A program made the translations under genes and the position numbers. Shown here one piece after another: positions 26,919-40,700 of a stretch of DNA of 64,000 bases (position 1 is the stretch's first letter; each line of letters begins with the position of its first letter). Under the pieces are notes generated by a model. The model did no database searches. It was given only the letters and a program-made list of their open reading frames with translations, and was not told the origin of the DNA. Source of the DNA: Marsupella aquatica (Eukaryota > Plantae > Marchantiophyta); the NCBI GenBank assembly GCA_973895155.1, contig OZ316898.1, positions 12,861,659 to 12,925,658 of the forward strand. Reading direction: 5' to 3'.

Positions 26919-28376
26919 TCAATCACGAAGGTCACTGAACGCAAGTATGAGAAGGTAGACTCCCATATAAATTAACAAGAAGAACAAAGCCACTGGCCTT
27001 CCGTCTCCATATCTTTCCCGTATCAATTCCTCGTGCGTAATCACGGGAATGACGTACGTCTGGCTCCTTTCGCTGTCGCTTCTCTGTGGCAGGCTACTTG
27101 ACTGGCCGGATTGACGGCCAATGGTACCGAGGATTACGTTTAGCTCATGTCGACATTGTGTGTCCTCAGGTGCCCATTGCAGAACGTTGTTTAGCATGTC
27201 GACGACAACCTGAACCTCACGTGGATGATGACGCAGATGCTGCAGGGCCCTCGCTCGGTATCCTCGCCGTCTGGAAAGAAATTTCCCTTCCTGTTCTGGA
27301 AAAGTTGAAAACAACCAGGATCTCACATCGACATCGTCAACTGCAATAGAAAACGGTCTGCGAGTGAACGGAGATATGGTCATTCTGTTGTCAATGACAG
27401 TCCACCTATCATAGGTTCTGCCATCATTACACTTCACTGGATCGCACATAGTCTCGAATGTGATTGGGTCTTCAGCACGGTCTTCAGACCACCGATGAGC
27501 TGCAGATATTAAGTAAGCACACAAGCCGTGAGCACTTCAAGAACAACCGACGCTGGAACACACTTGAGATGTAGAATCTCTCCTCATAATCCATTTATCC
27601 ACTCATAAAGGTGCATGTGAATATAGGGGACTTCCACTCTAAAATTAGGATAATGAAAGTGAGGTGTGTTTCATTAAGCCTCGACGTACAAAAATCAGAG
27701 ACACTGTATGTATATATCATGCAGTTTGGAGAATGATGCAATTTGGAGAATCTACCTTGTGGTGGTCGGTAACTACTATGAACAAACCGAAGGACAGCTT
27801 GTATTGTCACCACTGCAACCTTTAGTCGCTGCCTCTGTAAGGGACACAGGCCAAGGCCGAGTTGTTACACTCGATGCAAAGTACAAGCATGTTAGCTGCA
27901 TCCAGAAAAGCGAAATATAAAAGAATGCGAGGGAATGAAATCCCAGCTGCAGGAAATTGTGACTGGGTGCAGTACGTCCAGCATTCCATTCAATCATATT
28001 AGCCGCATTCAAGGCATTTCTAGTAAACACGAGCTCCAATGCAACTAGAAAGGAATTGCATGAGGAGCGGAAGACGCATGTAGACTGCAAAATCTCTTGA
28101 CGAGGTCGGAGGGCAAGTACAGCCAGTGAAACAAGTACTCTGAATGGGATTATATCATTCTCAGTACTCTCAAGGGCTGTAATGATCCAACACCTGAGTA
28201 CTGATGGACACATCCTTCCTGCTCTGGACTTGATCACTGGCCCACGCTCTGAGAGCATGCTCTTCATCCGAGAGAGAATTCATTGGTTGAGGTCTGATCA
28301 GGACCGGTAATTTTGTCCCGTGCAGAGTACGCACCCCTAGCTTCCTCGGTTGTTGATGAGACTCCACGTTGTTCAT
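26919..28376 (-). CDS. U-box protein with C-terminal transmembrane segment; proposed exons 28376-28194, 27834-27756, 27499-26919 (~280 aa)
   Basis: U-box-like EDPITFETMCDPVKCNDGRTYDR...SPFTRRP; hydrophobic tail VALFFLLIYMGVYLLILAF; upstream exons inferred from phase-compatible GT-AG sites and are less certain than the last exon. Confidence 0.6.
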
Positions 28377-28470
28377 GGTAAAGCTTGTTGAAGTGTGAAA
28401 CCAATCGACTCGGCATAGATAATGAGAAGAGCCTGCAAATGCGTCGTCCAACTGCCATGGCAATCAAGCG

Positions 28471-28478
28471 TTTATATA
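28471..28478 (-). promoter_or_regulatory. Candidate TATA box of the U-box gene
   Basis: TATATAAA about 95 nt upstream of the proposed ATG at 28376. Confidence 0.4.
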
Positions 28479-29414
28479 CCAGCGGGTTGCTTGCCAGGCG
28501 CACCCCGCTCGACACCGATCTCCGCGACACACGGAAGGCTAATCAATTAAAATTAAAAAATATATATAATTAAATAATATATAAATAATTTCAGTGAAAT
28601 GAAATGCCGTGACGGAAAGGGTCGGTCACAACGGCGCAAAAAAAGGTGGGCGGAATGTATGTATAGGATTTCAGTGAATGGTCATGATTGCTTCCTGCCC
28701 AGATTGCATTTCATAAACAAAGGGCCCAGTAATATTATGATATTGGTGTTTAATGACTTTAATAACCCCAATCTCTTGAGGAGTGGTGAGAAGGGAACTA
28801 CAGTAAGATTGAAGTTGGAAAAATAGAAAAAAAGGGAATTTCTTCTGTCATTGGAAGGGAGGCGAAGGAAGTAGGGAGGTCAATTAAAATAGAGTATGGG
28901 TTTGGCCAATCTCGATGGCCTATTAGATAGGCCTACAGTAGATATCAAACCGAGGGAATCAGAAATTCAAATCAACAAAACAGCGTCCCAAGTACTTTAC
29001 CTGATCTCCAGATCTTTAGATTCACCAAGGAAGCGTTATAAACCAGAAATTCGAATAATCCCAAACACTTTCCAAAATAATAGGGGCTCTAAACTTAAGG
29101 CAAGATAGTTATCTCCAGTTAAGATGTGGCGCGACTGTCCGCACAGTGGACAGCTAACCATGGTGACTAGGCGTACTCGAATAAATACGTGAGATTCAAC
29201 TCCGAGTAAATTACCGACCGTCGATCCAACGTATCGGCGGCACAGAGTTTTTCCTCTGGATTTTGTGAGGACGTACAGCCTCAGCTTCTTGGGCCATGAC
29301 TTGATGTCAGAATGTGCCAAACTATATAAAATTAAATAATGTTTACGTACTTCCATGAGATATTGAGATGGAGAGGTCCCAGCACCACTAGGTTGGTCAC
29401 ATCCTAGTCACATA

Positions 29415-29992
29415 ACACAACCAATCACAAACACTAAAGATTTTAGTAATCACAAACACTAAAGATTTTAGTGTTGATAGTAACAAAACACAACCAATAC
29501 AAACACTAAAGATTTTAGTGTTGATAGTAACAAAAGTGCACATTCATGTTTGTGGCATATAATATGCTCATCCTGGACTTCATTTTTTTGGTTTTTTAGT
29601 GATATAGACATATAATATGCCCGTCCTGGATTTCATTTTTTTGGTTTTTTAGTGATATACAGGTGTTCTAACATCAACACAACCAATCACAAACACGAAA
29701 GATTTTAGTGTTGATAGTAACAAAAGTGCACATTCATGTTTGTGGCATATATATGCTCATCCTGGACTTCATTTTTTGTTTTTTAGTGATATACGCATAT
29801 AGTATGGTCATCCTGGACTTCATTTTTTGTTTTTTAGTGATATACAGGTGTTCTAACATCAACACAACCAATCACAAACACCAAAGATTTTATTGTTGAT
29901 AGTAACAAAAGTGCACATTCATGTTTGTGGCATATAATATGCTCATCCTGGACTTCATTTTTTGTTTTTTAGTGATATACAGGTGTTCTAAC
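29415..29992. repeat. Compound tandem array, ~190-bp units with internal subrepeats
   Basis: Recurring CACAACCAATCACAAACAC..GATTTTAGTGTTGATAGTAACAAAAGTGCACATTC and CATCCTGGACTTCATTTTTTG. Confidence 0.9.
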
Positions 29993-30414
29993 TAAAATAT
30001 AAATAGGACATTGACTAGGAAGACGTATAGTCTATGATATTGAAACTTGTGCACATAAGGTACAAAAATTAAAATACACATGTAAAGAAAAATAATGATG
30101 AACAGGAAAGTTTAAGTTTATGGTATTGGGATGTGCACATAATGTACATGAGTAGAGATACTTATGTACTTACTTTAGGTAATTAATGACATCCAAAATA
30201 ATTAAAACCATAAATTTAGGACACAAAACCTTGAGTATGACTTAAAGACATAAGTTGTGCACATTATTTAGATCATTTTTTCAATTCAACAAGCTTTCCA
30301 GATTTTGCTAAATCTTAAAATATAGCAAAGATTTAAAAAAATTAGAGGGGCGCCAGAATAAATTTTGATACTTCATGTCTCAATAAGTTTCCCTGCCAAG
30401 GCAAAACGTCGATT

Positions 30415-30576
30415 GCAAGACTCACAAAAAGTCGGCTGCAAAACTCACCAAAAGCGGCTACAAAACTCACCAAAAGTCGGCTGCAAAACTCACCAACAGA
30501 TTTGTCTGAGAATGTTCCGAACACCAAAAGTCGGCTGCAAAACTCACCAACAGATTTGTCTGAGAATGTTCCGAAT
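30415..30576. repeat. Short tandem array
   Basis: Repeats of AAAAGTCGGCTGCAAAACTCACC and two copies of CAGATTTGTCTGAGAATGTTCCGAA. Confidence 0.85.
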
Positions 30577-33500
30577 GTAGAGATACCAACGCGGACGGAC
30601 CATTCGACTTTATGGGCGGCTGATTGGCCGTCAGGTCTAGACTCGATCCGTCGAAGGTTTTTCTGAAAATATTCCGAGGAAGACAATTCATCAAACAGGG
30701 AAGGTACTCTAGACCAAAGTAATAGGGAGTTGAAGGGGAAGCTGTTTGTAGAGCTTAACTTACTAGCGAGCGAAAGACTGCCCGACCGAGGGACTCCCAC
30801 GTCGGTGCTTGAATAGCATTCCGATAGAGGGTGTCGTGCTAACTTCCAATCCAATAGTATCCACGTGAACCCCCGTGAAGGCCCACAGCTCTGTTCTCGG
30901 TATGGGAACCATTTTACGTACATATATATATCACTTTGAGTCGAAAACACTAACCACGGTGGCACCTCAGATCCGGGTGGGAGACGAGAGCATACACAAA
31001 ACAAAACTCTTGAGCGAACAACCCAGACAACCGGTTGAATTTCTCAGAAGTTTTGTACGGTATCCATGGCTCTATAGCTCAACACCATCGACTCTGACTT
31101 GTCTACTAGAAACAAAAGTGTGCGAAATCGGTGTCCAACCTACTTTTTGATTTGTCTCTGTCATACGTTTTGTACGGTATCCATGGGGCCCAAAGGTCAA
31201 CAGAATCGACCCAGTCTAGAAACGAAAGTGTGCGGAATTTGCAGCTAGTATCCGGTCAATCACCCACGGGGTCTCAATAATATAAAGGACTGTTTGAGTA
31301 CCTACAACTGGGAAGATTATTTTACAATTACGTACTGTCAAGCTGTGCAATTTAGAGTGCATTCCGTGACAAAGTGGTGTTTTTGCTGATACTTCACCAA
31401 GGAAATCATAGTAATATATGGGATTACATGGCCGGGCCTGCAGTGAATTCTGTGTCGATCACATGTATAAGCGAATTCACTTATACATGTTACACGTATG
31501 CATGGTGGACTCTGAGGGGCGGCGGGACTGTAATTGTTAGATCTTCCCATTTGTAGGTCCAGACGTAAACAGTCTTGTCCATTATTCAGACCATGCGTAT
31601 CAATCATATCGCCTCCCAATCATGTAATTGCCAAGTTAGAGCCTCAAGTGATACAAAGATTTTGCAACTCGTTCGGTGCACTTTCCTGACTTATCAGGAA
31701 TTGCATCACGATTAGTTCTGGGTTTGACGCAACAAAAAGGAAAATTTCTGGAAGAATTTTGATTTTCAAGGATATTGAATTGTATCGAACCTGTCTTAAG
31801 GTGGGGAGAATCTCAACGTTATTTATGGCACAAAATTGGGCAGTTTCGAAACCCTAAACTTTTCTGCTGAGATTTCGACTCTGTTCTGTTTCTCCCATGA
31901 AGCGGTGGCAATTTTCCTCAAAAGTGTAACATGAGCTCGGGTTGTACTCAATTTCATCAGTTGAGACCGTTGAGCAATAAAGAAAGAAGTCCTACTCAAA
32001 TGCCACATCTTCCTTAACATTTGAACGACGAGGTGCGCCTTTTGTAGTTCTGCTCCAGATATCTTTGATAAAAAGCATTCCCATAAGTTCGAAAAACAAT
32101 CTAGTCTGTTCTCCCATGAAGCGGTGGCAGAAACTTGGTGGAATCTCTTTGACGGACTTATGCTCTCTATACAGAAATCCCCATGAGCGTACTTCATAGA
32201 AGCATTACCCAAGAAAGATCATGGCGATGGTTGGTTTTTGTCTTCTCGACAGGGGGAATTATCATTTTTATCGATTAAATGAGGTCCTTGACAGAGGAGT
32301 AAACGAAAATTTGTGGTTGGGCACCAATTGTTGCAATAAAGTTCCTTGAGTCTTGTTTGGATTGGAAATTTCAGAGTAATTGAGAGCTTAGGTTCAGTCT
32401 CTAAACAGGGACCATATACTGAGTGGAATGATCAACACAGAATCTGCATCTAAAGGAAAGGTGCAGAACTTTCCAACAAGGTCTCACTGGCATAAGGTTT
32501 ATGAAGATTATGTGAAGAAATAATTGAGAGATCATGCATGCACGGCAGAGGAGATTCTGGGCCCCCCTGAGACTGAAAGACCATCATAGAGACAAACCTA
32601 GGATAGTCTGAAATAAAATATCAATTTGGAGTCAACAGGGGTGAGTGATCTGAAGGATGCTCTGACAGTAATTGTGCAACCAGAGACTGTGCTTGATGAG
32701 ATTCTAGCCAGTGATTGGCATCAACAAAGTAGTATGATCTAGATGAGAGACAATTGGAAGGAGAAAGGACCTTCAGCTTTGATCAGGCGATTCTCTACTG
32801 GCAACTGGTGGGAGTGGCTCACAATATTAAGGCAAGAAGATTATTGGAGAGCAGAAGCCTAGGAAGACACGCCAAGAAACTCAAAAGTCTGGCTGCAGCT
32901 ATGCGCCACAGAAGATAGTAGATAGCATGGAGAAAACAGTATTAGCCGGGAGTGAGGAGTATCTGTTTCAAAATGTTTGAGCCAATACCATTGCACTAGC
33001 TTTTAAGAGTGACTGAGGAGAGTGCAAATACTGTAGTAGTGAGTATAATTTTCACTTGCACTCCCTGGCTGTTAAACTCCAAGGGCACCCCCTGCTGCCT
33101 GGTATAGTTGCAATTCCCAAGCCTTTTCATTGGCTCTCAAGTCACTCCTACACTCTGCATACTGTGTACATTTTGGAATACATTATAATTAGGCCCCAGC
33201 CAGGGGGTGTCAAAGGGGGTGATCGTACTCCCTACCCCAGCCCATGGAACCCAGCTCTTAGAAAAGTCCAGACCAGATCCCTCTGGCACTTACTTGTTCT
33301 GCTGGAGTGTTAGGTCAGCGGTTTGAAGATGGACCCATGCATGTTAGCAACTGAAGAGGGAGGCTGTTAACCACATGAGTTACCAGTCAATGAAATTAGT
33401 AAAGCTCAGCTGCCTTGTTGAACTTGAAAATCAATTTTGTGGTCGCCAAAGTGAAAAAATCACACTTGGCTTACTCACTGAGCTCTTTGCTGACCTCACT

Positions 33501-36500
33501 GAGCTCTTTGCTAATCTTGCTGAGTAGTAAAGTTTCACATGGCTGCATGCGTGTGACTAATGGGTGGGACTGATAACAGATACCCACAATTGATAAGTGA
33601 TCCATGGGGTTACATTAATACTGACTCCTTAACAGGGACGCATGATACCCATGATATGGACTACCAAAATTGTCCACCATCTGGACCTCCAGCCTCTCGA
33701 CACAGACTAATGACATCGTCCTGAGAGTAAAGTTGTCAATTACGTGTACGTCGAGGTGCTAAACATTATACCTTTCCGCACGATGAGCTACAAGGCAAGG
33801 ATGAATGATCAACAGATTATTCATCTGCGCGCTGACTCATCATTCAGCATTATGACTTTTGAGGTCGGATCTCAAATGTAAGTTCCAGAGAAGAATACAA
33901 AAAGGTCTCCAGAAAAGATTATCTCAACATTCAGCTGAGGGCAGCAGGCTAGGAATCTAATGTTTGTGAAGTCAGTCACTGCATGGTTTGCCACTAGCAA
34001 AATATTTCCCCTATCAGTTGGCCTATCGCTCTAGACTGATTCCACCGTTTTCTGCCTATCCAACGTTAGCGTGATCGAGTCTCCGGGCGGTCAGGTCGGA
34101 TCAAGATCCTTCTAGAGTTTGGATCCTCTCTTCCTGTATTGGTTGACACTCTCATGAAAGAATCTGTAAGTACGTGGCCACAGAGCAGACGGGTCAAACT
34201 TTCCGGACACACAAATTGAGTGTTCGCTAGATCGATGATGAATGTCAAGATATATGTCTTGCCTGAAATTGAATCTGGGGCGTCCGAGAATCCAACTTTC
34301 AGACCAATGGATAGCTTGTTCCCAGGATCGGACATGCCTCGTCTTACCTCGCAGCTCACTCCATCAGAGAAGATGCTCTCGCACGTTAGGTAGGTGAATC
34401 TGGTAAATACCACACTAGTCTACGGACTACTAGACTGTCTGAGGGATGGAGCTCCAAGATCCGCATGACTGGTGCAAGTCCATGTCCATGTTCCCGGCCA
34501 GTTCATGGGACTACCTTGTCCACCTTCAGCTCCTATGAAGATTAGCCAGGAGGTAAGAGTTCTTAAAGCATAACTACAGTTTGAGGTACATTAGATCAGC
34601 CTGTGCATCACAAGCATCTGCGAGCTAAAAATAAGAAGTGATATCCTGGAGGTCCACAGATTTGAGCAGCCATTTTCGTGTGGAAAGAGCGGATTCCATG
34701 GCAATTCGGAAAATCTGCACTTCGTTTGGCTCATAGTTTTAGCACTTCACCGCGCTAGCTCCCAAGTCGATCAGCTCCCATCAGCTGGTGTAAGCCAAAA
34801 AGAGTAGAACAAGCAAACAATGCTAGATATGGAGTTGGGCCCTGACCACCGTGGAGAGGGGCCTACACATACAACCGGACCCTGCAGTGGATCGGGACTT
34901 CGACGAATATATATCTTTGGATCCCAGGCCACTAGTTGGAGAGAGCGTACGATCGATGCCTGGGATCTACATTTTGAAATTAAATTAAAACCTCGATCGC
35001 CAATTAAGCAACTACGATTGGGCATGTCGAGCCCCGGCACGAGCTCCATCCTAGCCTGGACTTCATGATCAGGGGCAACTCTCGGAAGTCATTGAACGCT
35101 CAAAGCATTGAGCTTGGAGCTCACCTCCGGTCGTCCAGAGCCAAAATTGAACGCTCCAAAACTTTGTCCGGGTAGCACTTATCATGGACGCTCTGGCGTC
35201 GTTGGGACACCTAACTAACGCGCTGCAGCGGTCCTACCAAATCATGCGAAAAGTGGGGCAGCTAGACTGCATGGGAGGATCTGTCCTTGACATGCATGCA
35301 GCCCTGACAACGTCGATCGATCGATGCCCAGCCATCGCTCATGATTGATACGACGAAGATAACGACTGTAGCAGTCAGACATGTTGAGGTTGCTCGATCG
35401 ATCAGTTAGTCCTTCTTATGCAGAATTGGGAACTTTTTCACTTTTTTATCAAGTTTCGTCAAAATCGCACCACTACTAGATAACACGATCATCGCTTTAC
35501 GGCACTGTTTTTGATTCGATTAGACTAAAACACTCTGCCAGACGTTTTTCTGATAATGCATTCGGATCTGCAGGTGTTGGAATTTTGCGAATTTCCTTGT
35601 GTATATAAGCTACCAAGTGTATTTTCTCACGACGTACTATCTTGAGACCTGATCCCCCTTCTCCTTGATTTACGGGAGTCTCTCGCTCCATGTATTCACT
35701 GTGATCACTTTGTGCGGTAGTGGTACGCTCATTTCACCACTGTTGATCTCGTTGGACCACCCTTCAGACCATTGATTCATCCCTGCCAGTGCGGCCTCCT
35801 GGCCTTGTATTTATGTACGTGGGCTCCCCCGCAAGGTCCCCATTCAATCAACTGTGACAATCAGTACAAACCGTCGTAACTACTACCTACAGTACCGTTC
35901 ACTAGCTTTGGCAGGCACACAGAAGGTTGATCTGGAGCTCAATAATAATGCTAATTTGGATGATAATGTGAACGTCAGAATGCAGGTCACCTCTCGACGA
36001 AATCATGGTGAGACTTCTGGTTTAATCACCTGGTGAACAGCACAGGCTCCGTTGAAATTATTGAGGTGCAGAATTGGCGTAATAATTATTTAGACTGTAT
36101 AATTCTGCGGAGACTGGGCGGGAAGACTGTTGTCTGGTACGTAGTCAACACTACCGGCATCAATTCAATTACCAACAAGCAGATTTGGTAGGGGATGCTA
36201 CTGCCCTAAACTAGGCCGTCCTGAATCGAAATGATTGTCGGATTCTAATATTATTCCTGGATAATCTTGAGAAACACCGAAGAAGCACCAATTACTTAAT
36301 CCCTTGCAATGGTTATTCTCGATCGAGGTCCCACAGAAGTTTATGACTTGAACTCATCTGCCCAGTATTGATGGAGGTGAACAACTCATGGTGTTTCCAA
36401 TTCTGAGACTGTCGATGATTGAAGAATTTGTTGGCATCGCCCGGCCAATTTGAGCTTAATCATAGGTTGGTGACATGATCTACTGCAATCATAGTTGCAA

Positions 36501-37797
36501 TCGGGAATCTGAAATGACTGCTTTTTCAGATCTACGGTACATGTCTTTGGACAAAACAAGATCGAGATCGAAGCTCTTGGTGCGGGAGGGAGCATGTACT
36601 AAATTGTTGTGATTGGCCACTGATATATGCACCATGTATGGTTGCTTTAGTGCTCCTACTAGCTCGATCAGGGAATCATTATTTCTATTTTGGACCTTGA
36701 GACTACCATTATGCTCTTCAATTCCTCAAAGGTCTAAATCATCTTCGGTGATTTTCAATAATGATCAATAGTCATGCTCTTCGGTTCCTCCCGTTCAAAG
36801 GTCCTACCTCATCTTTGTTTGATTTCATTGATAATGAATTATACATAGGTTTATATCTAGGAGGTCCAAATGACTGGAGATACGGCTTCGAAAACACACA
36901 ATGACAGCTCTACGAATGTTGCTTCACGTTCCTCAAATTCAGCTTCTAATTTGCATTGTGTTTCGTTCCACTGGGTTTCTCTCCTGGGTGCAACGCAGTA
37001 GTCTTCCTGGTGCCAATCGAGGCGATAACTCTCCATTAATTGCAAGCTTAATGATATCTGCTTTAGTTCTGTCTCGTAGAGACTTGAGAGGGCATCAGGT
37101 TACGATGCAAGTTATGGAAGCAGGTCGAGAAGCGGTCACTCGATCCAATTCTCGAGCCCGACACAAGTGCTGCGCCCCAGTTCATTTTTCAAGCCACCGG
37201 AATTTCTGCCAGACTCCTCTGCATGATTCTGCGACTTCCGACAAGAAAAGGATGGGCCACTCACAGATCGATGGAACTGCTTAATTAACAGTCTCAATTG
37301 CAGAACAATTGGCGCAGCTGTGTCGCATGCCACTGACTGGATAATCTTTTAGAGCTAAATTCGGCGGTACTACTCATCAATTTTGATCAAGAAACTTCTG
37401 TAGCTACAGAATACATACTTGGGCGATAACAACACATAGCCAACCTGAAGTGTCGACGGCTAGTTCGGAGAGCTTGCGGCTGGATCGACCTTATTGCTTA
37501 TTCGCTTCTACTCGTGATATATACGCATACTGAGTGAAGTTCTAGCTGGGCACTGGGATGCCTCGATAGCTTAGTCACTCTTCTGCCTTCTGGGCGAGCT
37601 CCGGATCATGATGCACAACTTAAGCTGAGGAGAATCAGGCTAGGTGACCATGCATTGAAGTGGAGATTGTTGCGGCGTCGGTCTGTCAGGCGATTGAGGC
37701 GACTGAGGAGATACGATCTGATTTGTTGGTTGGGCCGAAACGTACAAGACGTCGGAGTTGGATCGGGTCCGGAGCGTATGATAGCAATTATAGATCA

Positions 37798-40700
37798 ATG
37801 GAAAGTGACGCTGATGACCTTGGGTTAGAGGAGACACCGACATATGCACTGGCAGTTACAGCTTTTTTATTCATTCTGGTGTCTCTTGCGGTGGAGCGAG
37901 GGATCAATCGGTTGAAAAAGGTTCGAGACTTTTTCAGAAGGGTTGTTCGCACTTCAGATGCAAGAAGTTCAGGGACACGTGCCGAGTTCTGAGTTCCAAA
38001 AAAAGCTAAGTTAGTGATGATAGGCATTGGGAATGGATAAGCATTAGGCGAAATTGTAAACTTTTCCCGTGTGTATGTGCAGTACTTGAAGAGGAAGAAT
38101 CAAAAACCTTTGCGGAAAGTGCTGGTCAAAATGACTGAAGGTTTGAATGAGCTCAAACTTTAGTTATTCCTCAATAGAACAACGCAACATTGTCTACTCA
38201 GGTCACTCGATCAATATTCCACCTTCATATTCAATGAAATTGTTTTGAATGTTGCCAGGCTGTGATGAATGAGTTGCTGATGAGCGAATACTTGTTTTGG
38301 TGCAGAATTGATGCTCTTGGGATTCATTTCTTTACTACTTACCGTCCTCCAGAATCCAGTCGTGAAGCTCTGCATGCCTGCTAACTTTGCAAAGCACCTG
38401 TTGCCTTGTCGTAAGAGGCATTTCATTTCAGACGCATCTGCTCCTGCAATCTCTCGTGTCCCTACGATCGGGAGAAGGCTTTTTTTCTTCTATGATGATG
38501 ATCAGGGAAGCTTGGACCTCGAGCCCCGGCGCCAGTTGCTTACACAAAATGTCACCGCAACTGGCCATTGCTCATCACAGGCAAGCTCTAAGCGATAGTT
38601 TGCCATGGACTAGAGAAGTCCAAAGAAACTTCGCATTGATAACACTGAATCCGTTTGCAAACGTACCTGAGAAGAGTTTCTTCGAATTCCGATTAAAGTT
38701 TTTTCCAGAACAAAACAAAGCGAAACAAATTCAATTTGTACGTGATGATTTTATATAATGTCTACTAGTATTTCAAAAATATGAGCTCACATTATATAGC
38801 AAATACTTCCAGCCATTCCAGAAAATGAAAATCTGGGGTACAAAGAAGCTTGGATCGATGGGAAGTCGTGGACAATGTGAGGCATTTCCGGGATTTCCAT
38901 CGTCCGAAGCTATTAATCAGGTAGGCATATCATCCTAGATAGCAATTGACCCGTACCAAGTTTGGGTCACAATCCAAACAGGCCCTTCGTATTAAGTATT
39001 TGTTCATTGATTCTCGTGTTCCTGCAGGGAAAGGTCCCATTCATTTCTCTTGAAGTTCTGCACCAACTGCATATCTTTATATTTGTTTTGGCGGTCACGC
39101 ATGTCTGCTATAGCTTTGTGACCATCTGCCTCGGGTTTGCAAGGGTGAGTTGTCCAGTGGGTATCTCCATGTTTCTACACAAATTTAGTTTCTAGCTTGG
39201 TATCCTATGGTAGTGTTTCATTCACTTCAATCTTGACCAGTCCAGTTCATGAAATTACCTCGTCATGCCTGAAGTAATTGTGGTGGTCAATCAGCTACAA
39301 AGGTGGCAGCGCTGGGAACAAGAAACCAAAGTCGACGGATTTGATGGAGCTGAAGGTGGGCTTCTGCAACCTTTCCGTTTTGAATCATTGCACTTTCTTC
39401 AGTCCCTATGTCCCATGCCCTGCGAGGTGAAATATGCTAGGTGAGCTTAATCTGGCTTTGCGGTTTGAGAATTGACATTCAAACTGGTCACTGCACAAAA
39501 CACACATTCATGATATATAAACCAGAGTCCCAAACTATGAAGAATCATCACTCCAAGTAATGAAAGGTATCACATTTCTGATCTTTGCAGGTGCTGTGCA
39601 GATCTGGAGAACAGATATCGGAAGATTCTTCAATCAGAGAGGCATTACTATGGCAGACATTCAAATGCATATTTTGACGGGCATAACCATTCCTGTTACA
39701 GCAATTCCATTTCAATCTGGATTGTAAGAAACTCCTTTCTGTTGGACTCCTGCGGTGGTATAGTGGGTATGTACAATCGTCCTTCAGTCAAGATTCACCC
39801 AATGCTATGAAAGTGGCACTAATGGATATTGCTTGCAGGTGTGCTTCTTCCAGCAATTTTTTCAGTCTGTATCAAGGGAAGATTATCTGGTACTACGTGT
39901 GCGGTTTATGAATGTAAGTGTTGTGTCTTCGCTCTCCACACTGGCCCAGTACCGATAAGAGATGAAATGTTACTATATCATTGACAATCTGGCCTACACG
40001 ATATCACGATTGCTTGCATTCAGAAATCTGCGAATAACTGGGTCATTGTATTGGTGGTTGGAGTAGTTATTTAGAAGAATTTCTATTGATCTGCTGGATT
40101 TCTATTGATCTGCTGGCTCGCTCACTTGTGGCACTCCAACCGTACAGAATCACAACTTGTCAGAACCCTTCAATTTTTGGGAGTATGTTATTCGCTCCAT
40201 GCAAGTGGAATTCAAGATAGTGATCGGGATCAGGTATGCGCAAATTAAAAAGACTACCACTGTCTATCAAGAGCAGGGAAACGAAATGACCTCCCATAGC
40301 TTTCAGATCCTTAACTAGAGTAGATTGAGCCTTCTTGCCTTGACTTACATTCTAGTGAGGGAAGCGTATGTACCAGAGAGGCACAGAGAACATACTTGTG
40401 ACGAAGAAATTGACGGTGTTGTTGTGCTGTGTAGCTGGTGGCTTTGGATATTTGTGACACTCTTTTTACTTCTGAATATTCACGGTGAGGCTTCCCATCA
40501 TCCCAGAGATCTCGGAGATTGATTCTTGAAGCTGCTCTACCGGTTTCTGGGCTTGGGATTCGACGTTTGTTCAATAGCACTCTTTCCCTCCCTGACGGTT
40601 CTCTGAGACTTTGTTCAAAGTTGTGTGCAACCTTGTTATCTATGGGTCTTCAACTGGATGACCCGCTGGATGATTGCAGGTTGGGACACACACTTCTGGG

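Larger units (their letters stand above)
28479..31289 (-). mobile_element. Candidate non-autonomous Helitron-like element
   Basis: 5' TCCTTTATATTATT at 31289; 3' end has an AT-rich run, GC hairpins (28482-28508, 28522-28534), then CTGG|T; internal tandem repeats. Base before TC is G, not the canonical A. Confidence 0.35.

Noticed and set aside
33700-37600. Moderately GC-rich region with short ORFs upstream of MLO
   Set aside because: No recognisable domain, consistent exon chain or conserved miRNA sequence found by eye; a lineage-specific gene or lncRNA is not excluded
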